Below the pieces are notes generated by a model. The model did not search any database and was not told where the DNA came from. It was given only the letters and a program-made list of their open reading frames with translations. Positions 18,971-27,680 of a stretch of 35,641 bases of DNA are shown here, piece by piece. This DNA is from Candidatus Heimdallarchaeota archaeon. Lineage in GTDB: Archaea; Asgardarchaeota; Heimdallarchaeia; Heimdallarchaeales; Kariarchaeaceae. The stretch's first letter is position 1; every line of letters starts with the position of its first letter. The translations under genes and the position numbers were made by a program. The DNA lies in assembly GCA_015523565.1 (NCBI GenBank), contig WAKA01000044.1, positions 1 to 35,641 on the forward strand. Direction: 5' to 3'.

Positions 18971-20314
18971 ATGAAAGAACTGTACCTTATTGTGGTGGAT
19001 AAAAAAAGAAATGTGCCGGTTTACCTAAAATCTAGTGTTGAAAAACAAGATAAGGGTTATTTATTTTCCAGTTTAATGACAGTTGTAAATCAAGTGATGA
19101 GTGAGTTTGACAAGAATAAATCAAAACGGATTATCACAAACCGGCACATGATATACGCAAGGGAAATGGATGATTATATTATTTTTATAATGGGGCAAGG
19201 AACAAAAGAACGTTTTGCATTAAATACTTTGGAATACATTCGACTATTTTTGGAAGCATTTCCCAGTAATGGTGAAGAACTTCCTGAGGCTGTCATAGCA
19301 TTTTTAGACAGCATTTCTAACGATTTCTTCAAAATTTTCTCTCGGGATGAACTCGTCCCAAGCATCTACATTTTTTCTAAAAGTGAGGGTCTAAAAGAAG
19401 TTACATTCCAAGGAAACAAACTAGTGGATAGTTTTTTGACCAGCCATTTTTCAAAGATCCAAAAGCCATTTAATCATATCTTTTATGCACCCATTAATGA
19501 GGATATACGGTGTATAGGTGTTGTTATTTGGAAAGATGAAATTGCAGAGGTTATCGTTTTTGTCACAGATGAGTTTAATTTTATTGACTATTTGTCTTTC
19601 CGTCATAAATTTGTAATCCTTGGATTTGAGCACTTAGAGTCCTATGGTGAATATTGGAATGCAGACCCATCGGATGTAATGCTGTCAGAAAAAGTTTTAC
19701 ATGAGTTGTCCACAAAACTCGAAAAAAACTTGACTCCTGAACTATTGGACAAAGTGGAAATAACTGATTTGCCTTTGTTTATTGAAATGATGCAACCTGT
19801 TCTCCCGTCAATTTTTACATATCTCGTTGAAGGGAAGCCATTAGGGATTTTCGGAACAGAGGAGGTGGTAATTCAAACTGCTTACTTTTTATCTTCTGTG
19901 ACCCATATTTATGATGTTGGAAAAAAATTCAATATAGATTCCCCTTCACGCATCATGATACTCCTAACAGAGACAGACAGGGAAATCGCAAAAGAGATGG
20001 GATACCCCATCCTTGATATGACCAAAATAGATCTTTACCCTTCCATTAAGCCATTAAGGTTTTGGATTGAGAAAATAAAAGAATTATCGATCCATGATGC
20101 CCAACAAACAATGTATGACCTGACAACACTTTTTGATAGGCTTTGGTCATCCGTCGATAATATTTTATTAAAAATAAGGCAAGGTGCCGATCCATATGCT
20201 GTTTTAGAAACGGAAGAGTTTGACAATAAACTCATGAAAAAATTGGTGGGCTTAGCAAACCCATTAATTTATGATGATGGGAATCAAATTGACGAAAAGG
20301 TGATCAATTGGTAA
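18971..20314 (+). CDS. Hypothetical protein with N-terminal longin-like domain and possible DENN-like core
   Basis: N-terminus ELYLIVV..NVPVY..YLFSSLMTVVNQVMSEF..IIT..IYAR..YIIFIM fits the longin beta-beta-alpha-beta-beta-beta pattern. LPSIFTYLVEGKPLGIFG and YPILDM resemble cDENN. Start ATG 18971 (ORF track starts at 18920). Confidence 0.55.
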   Translation: MKELYLIVVDKKRNVPVYLKSSVEKQDKGYLFSSLMTVVNQVMSEFDKNKSKRIITNRHMIYAREMDDYIIFIMGQGTKERFALNTLEYIRLFLEAFPSNGEELPEAVIAFLDSISNDFFKIFSRDELVPSIYIFSKSEGLKEVTFQGNKLVDSFLTSHFSKIQKPFNHIFYAPINEDIRCIGVVIWKDEIAEVIVFVTDEFNFIDYLSFRHKFVILGFEHLESYGEYWNADPSDVMLSEKVLHELSTKLEKNLTPELLDKVEITDLPLFIEMMQPVLPSIFTYLVEGKPLGIFGTEEVVIQTAYFLSSVTHIYDVGKKFNIDSPSRIMILLTETDREIAKEMGYPILDMTKIDLYPSIKPLRFWIEKIKELSIHDAQQTMYDLTTLFDRLWSSVDNILLKIRQGADPYAVLETEEFDNKLMKKLVGLANPLIYDDGNQIDEKVINW

Positions 20315-20589
20315 CCTTACAAAAAAACTCCTTGAAAGATTGCTTCGGATTTGCCAAATTTAGATATGAAGGTATTGGAGGCAATGATGTTTTTAAGACA
20401 ATTTTACAGGCATATGGCGGAAAATTAACTGTTTTTGGAGATGTACTCTATATTTTCAAGAATAAGGATTTACATATCACTGGTAGGATAGGAGGGCATT
20501 CGATCACTGTAACCTACAAATTCCCGAAAAAGAATCGAGAATTGATCGAGGATTTTGAGGGATTTCTTCATAGGTTTTTGGAGGAATAA
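20308..20589 (+). CDS. Small hypothetical alpha/beta protein
   Basis: TTG start with AGGTGA SD at 20298-20303; overlaps the upstream stop, so it is operonic. Confidence 0.7.
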   Translation: MVTLQKNSLKDCFGFAKFRYEGIGGNDVFKTILQAYGGKLTVFGDVLYIFKNKDLHITGRIGGHSITVTYKFPKKNRELIEDFEGFLHRFLEE

Positions 20590-20591
20590 AA

Positions 20592-20837
20592 ATGGGAAAA
20601 GAATTGGAAAGTATCTATGAAACAATTGAGAAAAAATATGGTAAGATTGGACTTTACAGACTTGTTGTAAAGACCAAGATATCAAAAAACAGGGCTAAAG
20701 AAATAGAGGACGATCCTGAACTTATTTCATTGGTCAAGAAAAACATTGTGGAATTGGGTTTTGTGTATATAGAACCCCAAAGATCAAAGTCTCGTTTTGC
20801 TAGACTGGCAAGTTTCATAAGGAGGCGGAAAAGGTAA
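20592..20837 (+). CDS. Small helical hypothetical protein with basic amphipathic C-terminal tail
   Basis: GAGGA SD; coupled to the next gene by TAATG; tail SRFARLASFIRRRKR. Confidence 0.75.
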   Translation: MGKELESIYETIEKKYGKIGLYRLVVKTKISKNRAKEIEDDPELISLVKKNIVELGFVYIEPQRSKSRFARLASFIRRRKR

Positions 20838-21322
20838 TGGCAGAATTCAAATTAAATCTAGAAAAAGGTGAGCTACTTATTGGTGGCAAGAGATCTGTTT
20901 TCCATTGCAATCATTACAATACTTTTCTTCAAAAGACATTGATAGATGCAATGGGCGAAAAGATGACCGTTGTACAAATTTCGATTAGTGAAAAAATAAA
21001 CTTGGAGATGCTTGGAAAAGTCACTCAAGATGTAGACAATAAATTGGAAGAAATTGAGGAAATTTTCTCAAATTTAGGTTTGGGGATATTGGATCTGAGC
21101 AATATCGAACAAGGAAAGGCAATTGTTGATAATTCACATTATGCTTTAAACTGCTATTATAAATTCGGAGAACAAAAAGGGGGGTCTTGTCTGTTTGCCA
21201 ATGGATATATACAAGCCGCCTACCAAATATTGACTGGTGAACGGAAGGAATTTGTTGAGACACAGTGTGTTTCCATGAACCCTGAAAAATTTGAGAATTG
21301 CATTTTTGAGGTGAAAACATGA
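20837..21322 (+). CDS. V4R (4-vinyl reductase / Bet3-TRAPP / H-NOX-like fold) domain protein
   Basis: LGLG, NSHY, CLFANGYI, ETQC...C-x-F V4R signature; N-terminal FHCNHYN. Confidence 0.8.
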   Translation: MAEFKLNLEKGELLIGGKRSVFHCNHYNTFLQKTLIDAMGEKMTVVQISISEKINLEMLGKVTQDVDNKLEEIEEIFSNLGLGILDLSNIEQGKAIVDNSHYALNCYYKFGEQKGGSCLFANGYIQAAYQILTGERKEFVETQCVSMNPEKFENCIFEVKT

Positions 21323-21969
21323 TTGATATGAACTATGTAACCCAACAATTCAGCAAAGCAGAGATCAATAACGATGAGAATGGTCTAATTCCTGCCTTTG
21401 GTGTCTACCTTACAAAGATTTTTGGAGATTACTACGCAGAAATTTCCTTTGAGTTTGAAAAAATGTTTGCGGATGGCTTGGATGACCCTGAGGTGTTGGA
21501 GGCCGCGAGACAGCTATTGATTGAGGCAGGTCATGTCTGTGGTTTTAACACGTTTGGCGGCATCATGAAAAGCGAAGAATGGGGTGCTGTTGTTCTTCCT
21601 TTAATTCAAGAAAAAGAAGATTGGGTAAGGGGAATGGTTGCCATCATAAATGTACTCGGATGGGGCGTGTATTCCATTGCAGAAGTTTCAGAAGAAAAAC
21701 TGGTTCTTGAAATCAAGAATTCATATGAGGCAGATGCATATCTCAGGAGATATGGTGAAAATGCAGATCATCCCACCTGCTATCTTGCTTTGGGAGCCTC
21801 CATTGCCTTGATGAGTTTGGTTTATCATGCAGATATTTCCACAAAACCTGAATTGGATGATATTCTTTACGATCGCCTATTCAAAGAGGCAAGGAAATAT
21901 GCTGGCAAGGAAACTCATTGCATGGCAATGGGGCATGAAAATTGCAAGATTGAAATATTCAAACAATGA
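21319..21969 (+). CDS. V4R domain protein
   Basis: LGWG, NSYEA, CYLALG, ETHCMAMGHENC V4R signature; GAGGTGA SD; ATGA coupling with the upstream gene. Confidence 0.82.
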   Translation: MIDMNYVTQQFSKAEINNDENGLIPAFGVYLTKIFGDYYAEISFEFEKMFADGLDDPEVLEAARQLLIEAGHVCGFNTFGGIMKSEEWGAVVLPLIQEKEDWVRGMVAIINVLGWGVYSIAEVSEEKLVLEIKNSYEADAYLRRYGENADHPTCYLALGASIALMSLVYHADISTKPELDDILYDRLFKEARKYAGKETHCMAMGHENCKIEIFKQ

Positions 21970-21970
21970 A

Positions 21971-23032
21971 TCAAAGGAACCCACTTGCCATTGCATGCTC
22001 CGCATTTAAAATGGAGCCACCACTTCCTCCCCGTATCGTGTTATGCGCAAGCACAAATGCCCGAGTTATGCCATTATCAATCCGAATCCTTCCAACAGTT
22101 GTTGCCATCCCTCTAGCACCGCTTGGACTCCCTGCGTATGAATCCAAAATAGGTTGGGGACGGTCTTCTTCATCCAAAAGAATGATTGGGTTGACAGGTG
22201 CCGTAAAATATTCATCTCCAATAAGTGGTGTAGTGGCATTCCTCATTGTGTTGATGAACTTCTCTTTTTCCCAAGGTTCATGGAAAATTGTGATTGATGC
22301 AATGTGTCCATTGACAGAACTCACTCTTGCACAGTTTGGAATGATGTTCAATGAAGATGGCATGAATTCCAATGTGTCAGATAATGTACCCAATATCTTT
22401 TGTCCTTCTGCTATCATCTTTTCTTCTTCACTTGGAATATATGGGACAACATTCTTCTGAAAGTTTGGATTTTCAAGCCCTTTAAATCCTGCCCCAGAAA
22501 TTGCTTGGTATGTGCTTACGACTGCATCCTTTATCTTGCCAACTTTTGATGCATAATGCAGATACATGGCAACTCCTGAAATTGAGCAATTCGAGTTGGT
22601 TATGATGAATCCATCGGTTCCCCAGCGTTCCATCTGTTTTTTCACAGTGCGGATATGGTCTCCATTTATCTCTGGTATGAGAATTGGCACATCTGGGTCC
22701 ATCCTATGTGCAGAGGCATTGCTGAAAACCTTCTTGCCATTCATCCTCAGTTCATGTTCGATTTCTCCAGCAACTTTTGATGGCAATCCCGAAAAACAAA
22801 TTTTATGGTCGGCAGTGGTTACTTCTGAAAGTTTTTGAATTTCCATTTCCTTGAACTTTTCTGGGCATTGGAAATCTGGCAGTCTCCAAATATCCCCCAA
22901 CTTTGTTCCTGCTGACCTTTCCGAAGCGAATACTGCTTCCAATTCAAATTTTGGGTGTTCTGCCAACATTCTGATAAACTGCTGTCCTATTAATCCTGTA
23001 GCACCTAATACAACACACTTCATGTTTATCAC
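21971..23032 (-). CDS. asd: Aspartate-semialdehyde dehydrogenase (archaeal type)
   Basis: LGATGLIGQ, SNASAHRM, NSNC catalytic Cys, QAISGAG, EEEK, HNTIRG. Start is GTG 23032 or ATG 23023. Confidence 0.95.
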   Translation of the reverse strand: MINMKCVVLGATGLIGQQFIRMLAEHPKFELEAVFASERSAGTKLGDIWRLPDFQCPEKFKEMEIQKLSEVTTADHKICFSGLPSKVAGEIEHELRMNGKKVFSNASAHRMDPDVPILIPEINGDHIRTVKKQMERWGTDGFIITNSNCSISGVAMYLHYASKVGKIKDAVVSTYQAISGAGFKGLENPNFQKNVVPYIPSEEEKMIAEGQKILGTLSDTLEFMPSSLNIIPNCARVSSVNGHIASITIFHEPWEKEKFINTMRNATTPLIGDEYFTAPVNPIILLDEEDRPQPILDSYAGSPSGARGMATTVGRIRIDNGITRAFVLAHNTIRGGSGGSILNAEHAMASGFL

Positions 23033-24114
23033 GCTCCAATGAACCCTCCCGCCAACATCAGGTCCAGCATCACAATTGCGGCAGAATTTTCAACGATTGG
23101 AACTGCGCGTGGAACGATGCAGGGGTCATGTCTTCCACGAACCTTTAATTCTGCCTTTTCTTTTGTCAACTGATTGACGGTTTGTTGTTTAATTGAAATG
23201 CTGGATGTGGGTTTGAATGCAATCCGAAACACCACGGGCATTCCATTTGACAGTCCCCCCAAGATGCCTCCTGCATTATTTGACAATGTCTTGATCTCCC
23301 CGTCTTCAATAATATAGGGGTCGTTATGTTCACTGCCTCTCATGCGAGCGGCCATAAACCCTGATCCAAATTCAATCCCTTTTGTAGCTGGAATACTGAA
23401 GGCAATATGGGCAAGCTTGGATTCAATTGAATCAAAAATAGGCTCACCAACTCCCACTGGCAACCCACGGATTTGACATTCGACAATTCCCCCTAAGCTA
23501 TCCCCTGCTTTTTTTGCATTTGATATCGCCTCTGTCATTTGACTGACCAATTCAGGATCAATACTTCTGACAATGTTCTCTTGGTCATATACAACTGATG
23601 GCTTAAGATTTTCTTCTCTTACGTCTGCATCTATTGAGCCTATCGCTTTTGTATATGCGAGAATGGAAACCCCTTTTCTTCTTAGGATCTGTTTCGCTAT
23701 TGATCCTGCAATGACCAAGCCAATTGTCATCCGTCCTGAAAACCTTCCTCCGCCCCGATAATCATTGGCTCCCTTGTATTTGACAAAAGCAGGGTAATCT
23801 GCATGTCCTGGGCGAGGCGTATCTTTTATTTCATCATAATAGGATGAATCCACATCCTTGTTTCTTACAAATGCGACAATGGGCTCTCCTGTTGTCTTTC
23901 CATTCAAAATTCCTGCCTCAATGACCAATTTGTCACGTTCCTTGCGCTGGGTGGTCACTTTGGATTGTCCTGGTGCCCTTCGCATCAGGTCTTTTTCAAT
24001 CTCCCCTATATCTATTTCTTCAGCCGCTGGCACCCCGTCTATGACCACGCCTACTAGATTGCCATGGGAAGAGCCTATTAACATAATTCTGTAATTTGTT
24101 CCAAAAATATTCAT
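23029..24114 (-). CDS. aroC: Chorismate synthase
   Basis: GSSHG, RPGHAD, GGGRFSGR, NNAGGILGG, FKPTSSI, GRHDPC. Confidence 0.97.
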   Translation of the reverse strand: MNIFGTNYRIMLIGSSHGNLVGVVIDGVPAAEEIDIGEIEKDLMRRAPGQSKVTTQRKERDKLVIEAGILNGKTTGEPIVAFVRNKDVDSSYYDEIKDTPRPGHADYPAFVKYKGANDYRGGGRFSGRMTIGLVIAGSIAKQILRRKGVSILAYTKAIGSIDADVREENLKPSVVYDQENIVRSIDPELVSQMTEAISNAKKAGDSLGGIVECQIRGLPVGVGEPIFDSIESKLAHIAFSIPATKGIEFGSGFMAARMRGSEHNDPYIIEDGEIKTLSNNAGGILGGLSNGMPVVFRIAFKPTSSISIKQQTVNQLTKEKAELKVRGRHDPCIVPRAVPIVENSAAIVMLDLMLAGGFIGA

Positions 24115-25376
24115 TTCTTTTCCTCCTTTACATTTCCCCCAAGGGTCTTGAGATCCTTGAAAAAATTCCTGTATGAGACTGAAACTGCTTCATATCCCAT
24201 GATTTTAATGGGCAGGATTGATTGGGTTCCTGCAATTGCTGCGGCCATTGCAATTCTGTGATCTCCATATGAGTTAACTGTTGCATTGCCAGAATATTGT
24301 GAAACCCCTTGAATGACTGCCCCCTCCTTAGTTTCCTTGAACTTTCCGCCAATATTTGAAATAAGTTCCCCAGTCGTTTTAATGCGATTTGTTTCCTTGT
24401 ATTTCAGATGTGATGCCCCATAAAGGTTGCTTTCACCATCAGAAAGACCAGCAAGTACACTAAGAATTGGGAAAAGGTCTGGTGAATCCTTCAGGTCAAT
24501 ATCCTGTCCTTTCAGTTCCTTGAACTTTACCAAAAGATTGTCTCCATTCTCCTTTACATCCGCCCCAAATTGTTTTACAATATCTACAATTGCGGCATCT
24601 GCTTGGGGATAGCTATAGTCAATATTTTCAATTGAAATTGAATTGCCCCGTAAGGCCCCTGCAACCACAAAAAATGCCGCGGAACTGAAATCTGCTGGAA
24701 CATTGAAAGACACTGGTTTAGATGCGGGATGGTCAACAGAATATATGTTATCATTAATTGTAAGCTTTGCCCCTGCCTCTTGAAGCATTTGAACCGTCAA
24801 ATCCACATATGGTCTTGACGGCAATGATTCAATCAGTTCAACTTCAATCCCTATCTTTCTCATTGACCCCAATATCAAAAGAGCTGACAAGAATTGCGAG
24901 CTTTTTGATGCATCCAGCATACATTTTCGAATTTCCTTGACAGGTTTCTTGATTTTGACTGGTGGAAATCCATTGCTCGTTTCGATATCTGCCCCCAATT
25001 CACGAAGTGCATCGACCAGTTCTGCAATGGGTCGTCGTACCAATGAACTGTCTCCCGTAAATGTTGTTTGTCCCTTGAAACACGCGGCAACTGCGGTCAG
25101 AAGTCGCATGCTGGTGCCTGAATTTTTACAGTCTGCAAATCCAGCCCCGTGTTCAATCTTATTTGATATGATTTTTACCCCATTGCTCTCTTTATATTTC
25201 ATCCCCATTTTTTTCAGGATCTCCAATGTTGCATCTGTATCCTCTGAAATCAAGGGATTTGTAATTTTACATCCCTCCCCGACAATTGATGAGATAATAT
25301 ATGCCCGATGAGTTACACTTTTGCTTGAAGGGGGAGTGACTTTTCCAATTAAATTGGATCTACTCACGGTTAACAT
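24111..25376 (-). CDS. aroA: EPSP synthase (3-phosphoshikimate 1-carboxyvinyltransferase)
   Basis: PSSKS..HR, NSGTSMR, RP, SSQFLS, SRPY, DFSSA, KETNR, DHRIAMA. Confidence 0.95.
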   Translation of the reverse strand: MLTVSRSNLIGKVTPPSSKSVTHRAYIISSIVGEGCKITNPLISEDTDATLEILKKMGMKYKESNGVKIISNKIEHGAGFADCKNSGTSMRLLTAVAACFKGQTTFTGDSSLVRRPIAELVDALRELGADIETSNGFPPVKIKKPVKEIRKCMLDASKSSQFLSALLILGSMRKIGIEVELIESLPSRPYVDLTVQMLQEAGAKLTINDNIYSVDHPASKPVSFNVPADFSSAAFFVVAGALRGNSISIENIDYSYPQADAAIVDIVKQFGADVKENGDNLLVKFKELKGQDIDLKDSPDLFPILSVLAGLSDGESNLYGASHLKYKETNRIKTTGELISNIGGKFKETKEGAVIQGVSQYSGNATVNSYGDHRIAMAAAIAGTQSILPIKIMGYEAVSVSYRNFFKDLKTLGGNVKEEKK

Positions 25377-26232
25377 TGTAAAATACCTCCAGACCTTTGT
25401 GGCTTAATGGTCTAAACTTTGTCTTAATTGTTTCGTAATGACCTGTGCGTTCAACTGTTTCTATAAACTCTGATGAAAGGCTTGGTTTGATTATTGCAAA
25501 CAAGGAGGGCCCCGTTCCATTCATTCCCACAATTTCTGCTCCCAGTTCCTCTAGCCGCTCAATATGTTCGAAATGTGGGTGAAGAAGCGGAGCATATGCA
25601 ATTGTATTGTAGTAAATCGCCTCGAAAATCCTTTTGTTCTCAAATGCATCCAATGCTTCCTTTAAGATTTCCTTGTCGATTTTTTCAATATTCACCTCTT
25701 TTTTTGACAGCTTTTCCGCTGGTATCAAAAGAATGACATCAAACCCTTTTGGTGAATTGTATAAACCTAGTATTTCCTTTTTTGTATTGTCCGTGAAAGC
25801 AATCCCCCCAAAATAACATGCTGCCGCATCATCATAGGCTCCAGTAATGGACACCCCTGCGTTTACCGAGGCTTGGGCACTATATTCTAGTGCCTTTAAG
25901 ACGTCCATTTTCACACCATAATAATTGGAAAGGGCAAGAAAAACACCAGTTGATATTGCACTTGAAGTTTTCAATCCTCTTTCGGGTGGAAAGGGACTTT
26001 CTGTTGTGATCTTCAAATTTTCGGGAATAATGTCTGTAATTTCTTGGAAAAGTGTCAAACATGCTTCCAAAAGTCTCCCATCGCTATATGCTGGTGAAAT
26101 GTCAAAAATCACCCCTTTTGCAGGTTCCACTTTAACTTTAGAGTAAGTTGCTATTCCTGCCGCCGCGCCTTTACCAGTTGCAACAGCATTCAGAATGGTG
26201 ATTGCCCCTCCTATTTGTTCAATTGCCTTCAT
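25360..26232 (-). CDS. aroK: Archaeal shikimate kinase (GHMP family)
   Basis: GAITILNA.ATGKG, P..RGLKTSSA, SITGAYDDA, GTGPS. Likely start ATG 26232 (ATGA overlap with the upstream stop; ORF track starts at 26253). Confidence 0.92.
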   Translation of the reverse strand: MKAIEQIGGAITILNAVATGKGAAAGIATYSKVKVEPAKGVIFDISPAYSDGRLLEACLTLFQEITDIIPENLKITTESPFPPERGLKTSSAISTGVFLALSNYYGVKMDVLKALEYSAQASVNAGVSITGAYDDAAACYFGGIAFTDNTKKEILGLYNSPKGFDVILLIPAEKLSKKEVNIEKIDKEILKEALDAFENKRIFEAIYYNTIAYAPLLHPHFEHIERLEELGAEIVGMNGTGPSLFAIIKPSLSSEFIETVERTGHYETIKTKFRPLSHKGLEVFYNVNRE

Positions 26233-27680
26233 TTTGAAATCTCCTTCAGCCATTTTTCCATAAGTGATTTTCTTTCAAGCTCTTCGCCTGTCCATATTTC
26301 AAAAGCATCTGCCGCTTGATGAAACAACATCTCCTTTCCATCATAAGATGAAATGCCAAATTTGTTTGCTTCCTTGAGAAGCCCTGTCTCATTTGTTCCA
26401 TATGCAATGTCAATTGCCGCTGTTAGACCTTTTGGAAACGGGAAGATGTCTGTAGGCGATGATGTCCCATCAAGTCCCACTGGTGTGGCATTGATATACA
26501 GGTCTGCCTTTTTCAGCTCATCTTTTGAATGCAAAAAGTGGAGTTTTTCTTTTAATGTGTTTGGAAATGCATTGTACCTTTCTTTCGTTCGATTGAAAAC
26601 ATAGACGGAAAATCCTTTCATGACTAGTGCATATGCAATGGATTTTGCGGCTCCTCCAGCTCCAACAATTACTGCATTTTCCAATTTTGAAAGGTTTCTG
26701 TCATCCATGAATTGAATAAAACCAGAGATATCCGTATTGTATGCTGAAATTTTGTCACCCTCAAATTTCAATGTATTGGCACTTCCTGTCTCATCAACAC
26801 ATTTATCCCGCACATCTGACAATTCCACCACTTTCTCCTTGTAAGGAAATGTCACATTTATCCCTCTTATCCCATACCTTGAAAGCAATGGAAGAATTTG
26901 TTCCAATCTTTTTTCAGTTGAAACTTCAAAAAGATGGTAATACCCAGTCCTATCTGCATAATCCAAAAAAATTGAATGAATGGATGGGGAAAGTGAATGG
27001 GAAAGTGTCTTTCCGATTAACCCCAAATATACATTTTCCTTTGAGGTATGGAGTTTCTGTAGGATATTGAACCTCAATATTCCTTCCATTTCCTCTAAAG
27101 AGCCAAACACAAACTGTTGGTTGAGCTTTAAGGTACGGCTTGCTTCCCCATTTCTTCCAATTGCCAGAACCACATGTCTCTTTAGATGTTTTAATGTTTC
27201 ATATGCCAAGAAAAAGTCAAGAGCATCCGTTGGCTTGCCGACAAACTTGAAGGTTACATTATCCCTGAATATTTTGGGCAGAGCTAGAATTGCAGTCAAA
27301 TATTTTCTGCTTGCTTCTTCCATCGATGTGGAATAGTCGTGTGAAGAAATCAATAACCGTTTTGCGAGAACCTCTTTATCCTCTATAAATGGTAAATCCC
27401 GATTAAGTTCAATATCCATGAGATACGGCTTGAATTGAACCAATTTTTCCAAGATTGCTTTTCTTTTTTCAAATGTGTTTTCTCCCTTTCCTCCTTCTTC
27501 TGCACTTCGATATGTCAAAATTGTCTGATCCAACGGAAAACCTGCAAGGGAATCCATTAAACTTGGATCTAGGTCAACTCGAAATTCTATAAGTGTCTGT
27601 CCATTGTCATATCCTATCTCCTGCAGTTTAGACGCATCCGATATGATTGCCGCAACCTTAGTGCTCCTCAATGTATTCAT
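26229..27680 (-). CDS. aroE: Fused type I 3-dehydroquinate dehydratase (AroD) - shikimate dehydrogenase (AroE)
   Basis: N-half IEFRVD, TYRSAEEGG, DIE, SSHD, FKFV (type I DHQase). C-half HSLSPSIH, NVTFPYK, ANT, NTD, GAGGAA, NRT, INATPVG, ML..QA. Confidence 0.92.
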   Translation of the reverse strand: MNTLRSTKVAAIISDASKLQEIGYDNGQTLIEFRVDLDPSLMDSLAGFPLDQTILTYRSAEEGGKGENTFEKRKAILEKLVQFKPYLMDIELNRDLPFIEDKEVLAKRLLISSHDYSTSMEEASRKYLTAILALPKIFRDNVTFKFVGKPTDALDFFLAYETLKHLKRHVVLAIGRNGEASRTLKLNQQFVFGSLEEMEGILRFNILQKLHTSKENVYLGLIGKTLSHSLSPSIHSIFLDYADRTGYYHLFEVSTEKRLEQILPLLSRYGIRGINVTFPYKEKVVELSDVRDKCVDETGSANTLKFEGDKISAYNTDISGFIQFMDDRNLSKLENAVIVGAGGAAKSIAYALVMKGFSVYVFNRTKERYNAFPNTLKEKLHFLHSKDELKKADLYINATPVGLDGTSSPTDIFPFPKGLTAAIDIAYGTNETGLLKEANKFGISSYDGKEMLFHQAADAFEIWTGEELERKSLMEKWLKEISK

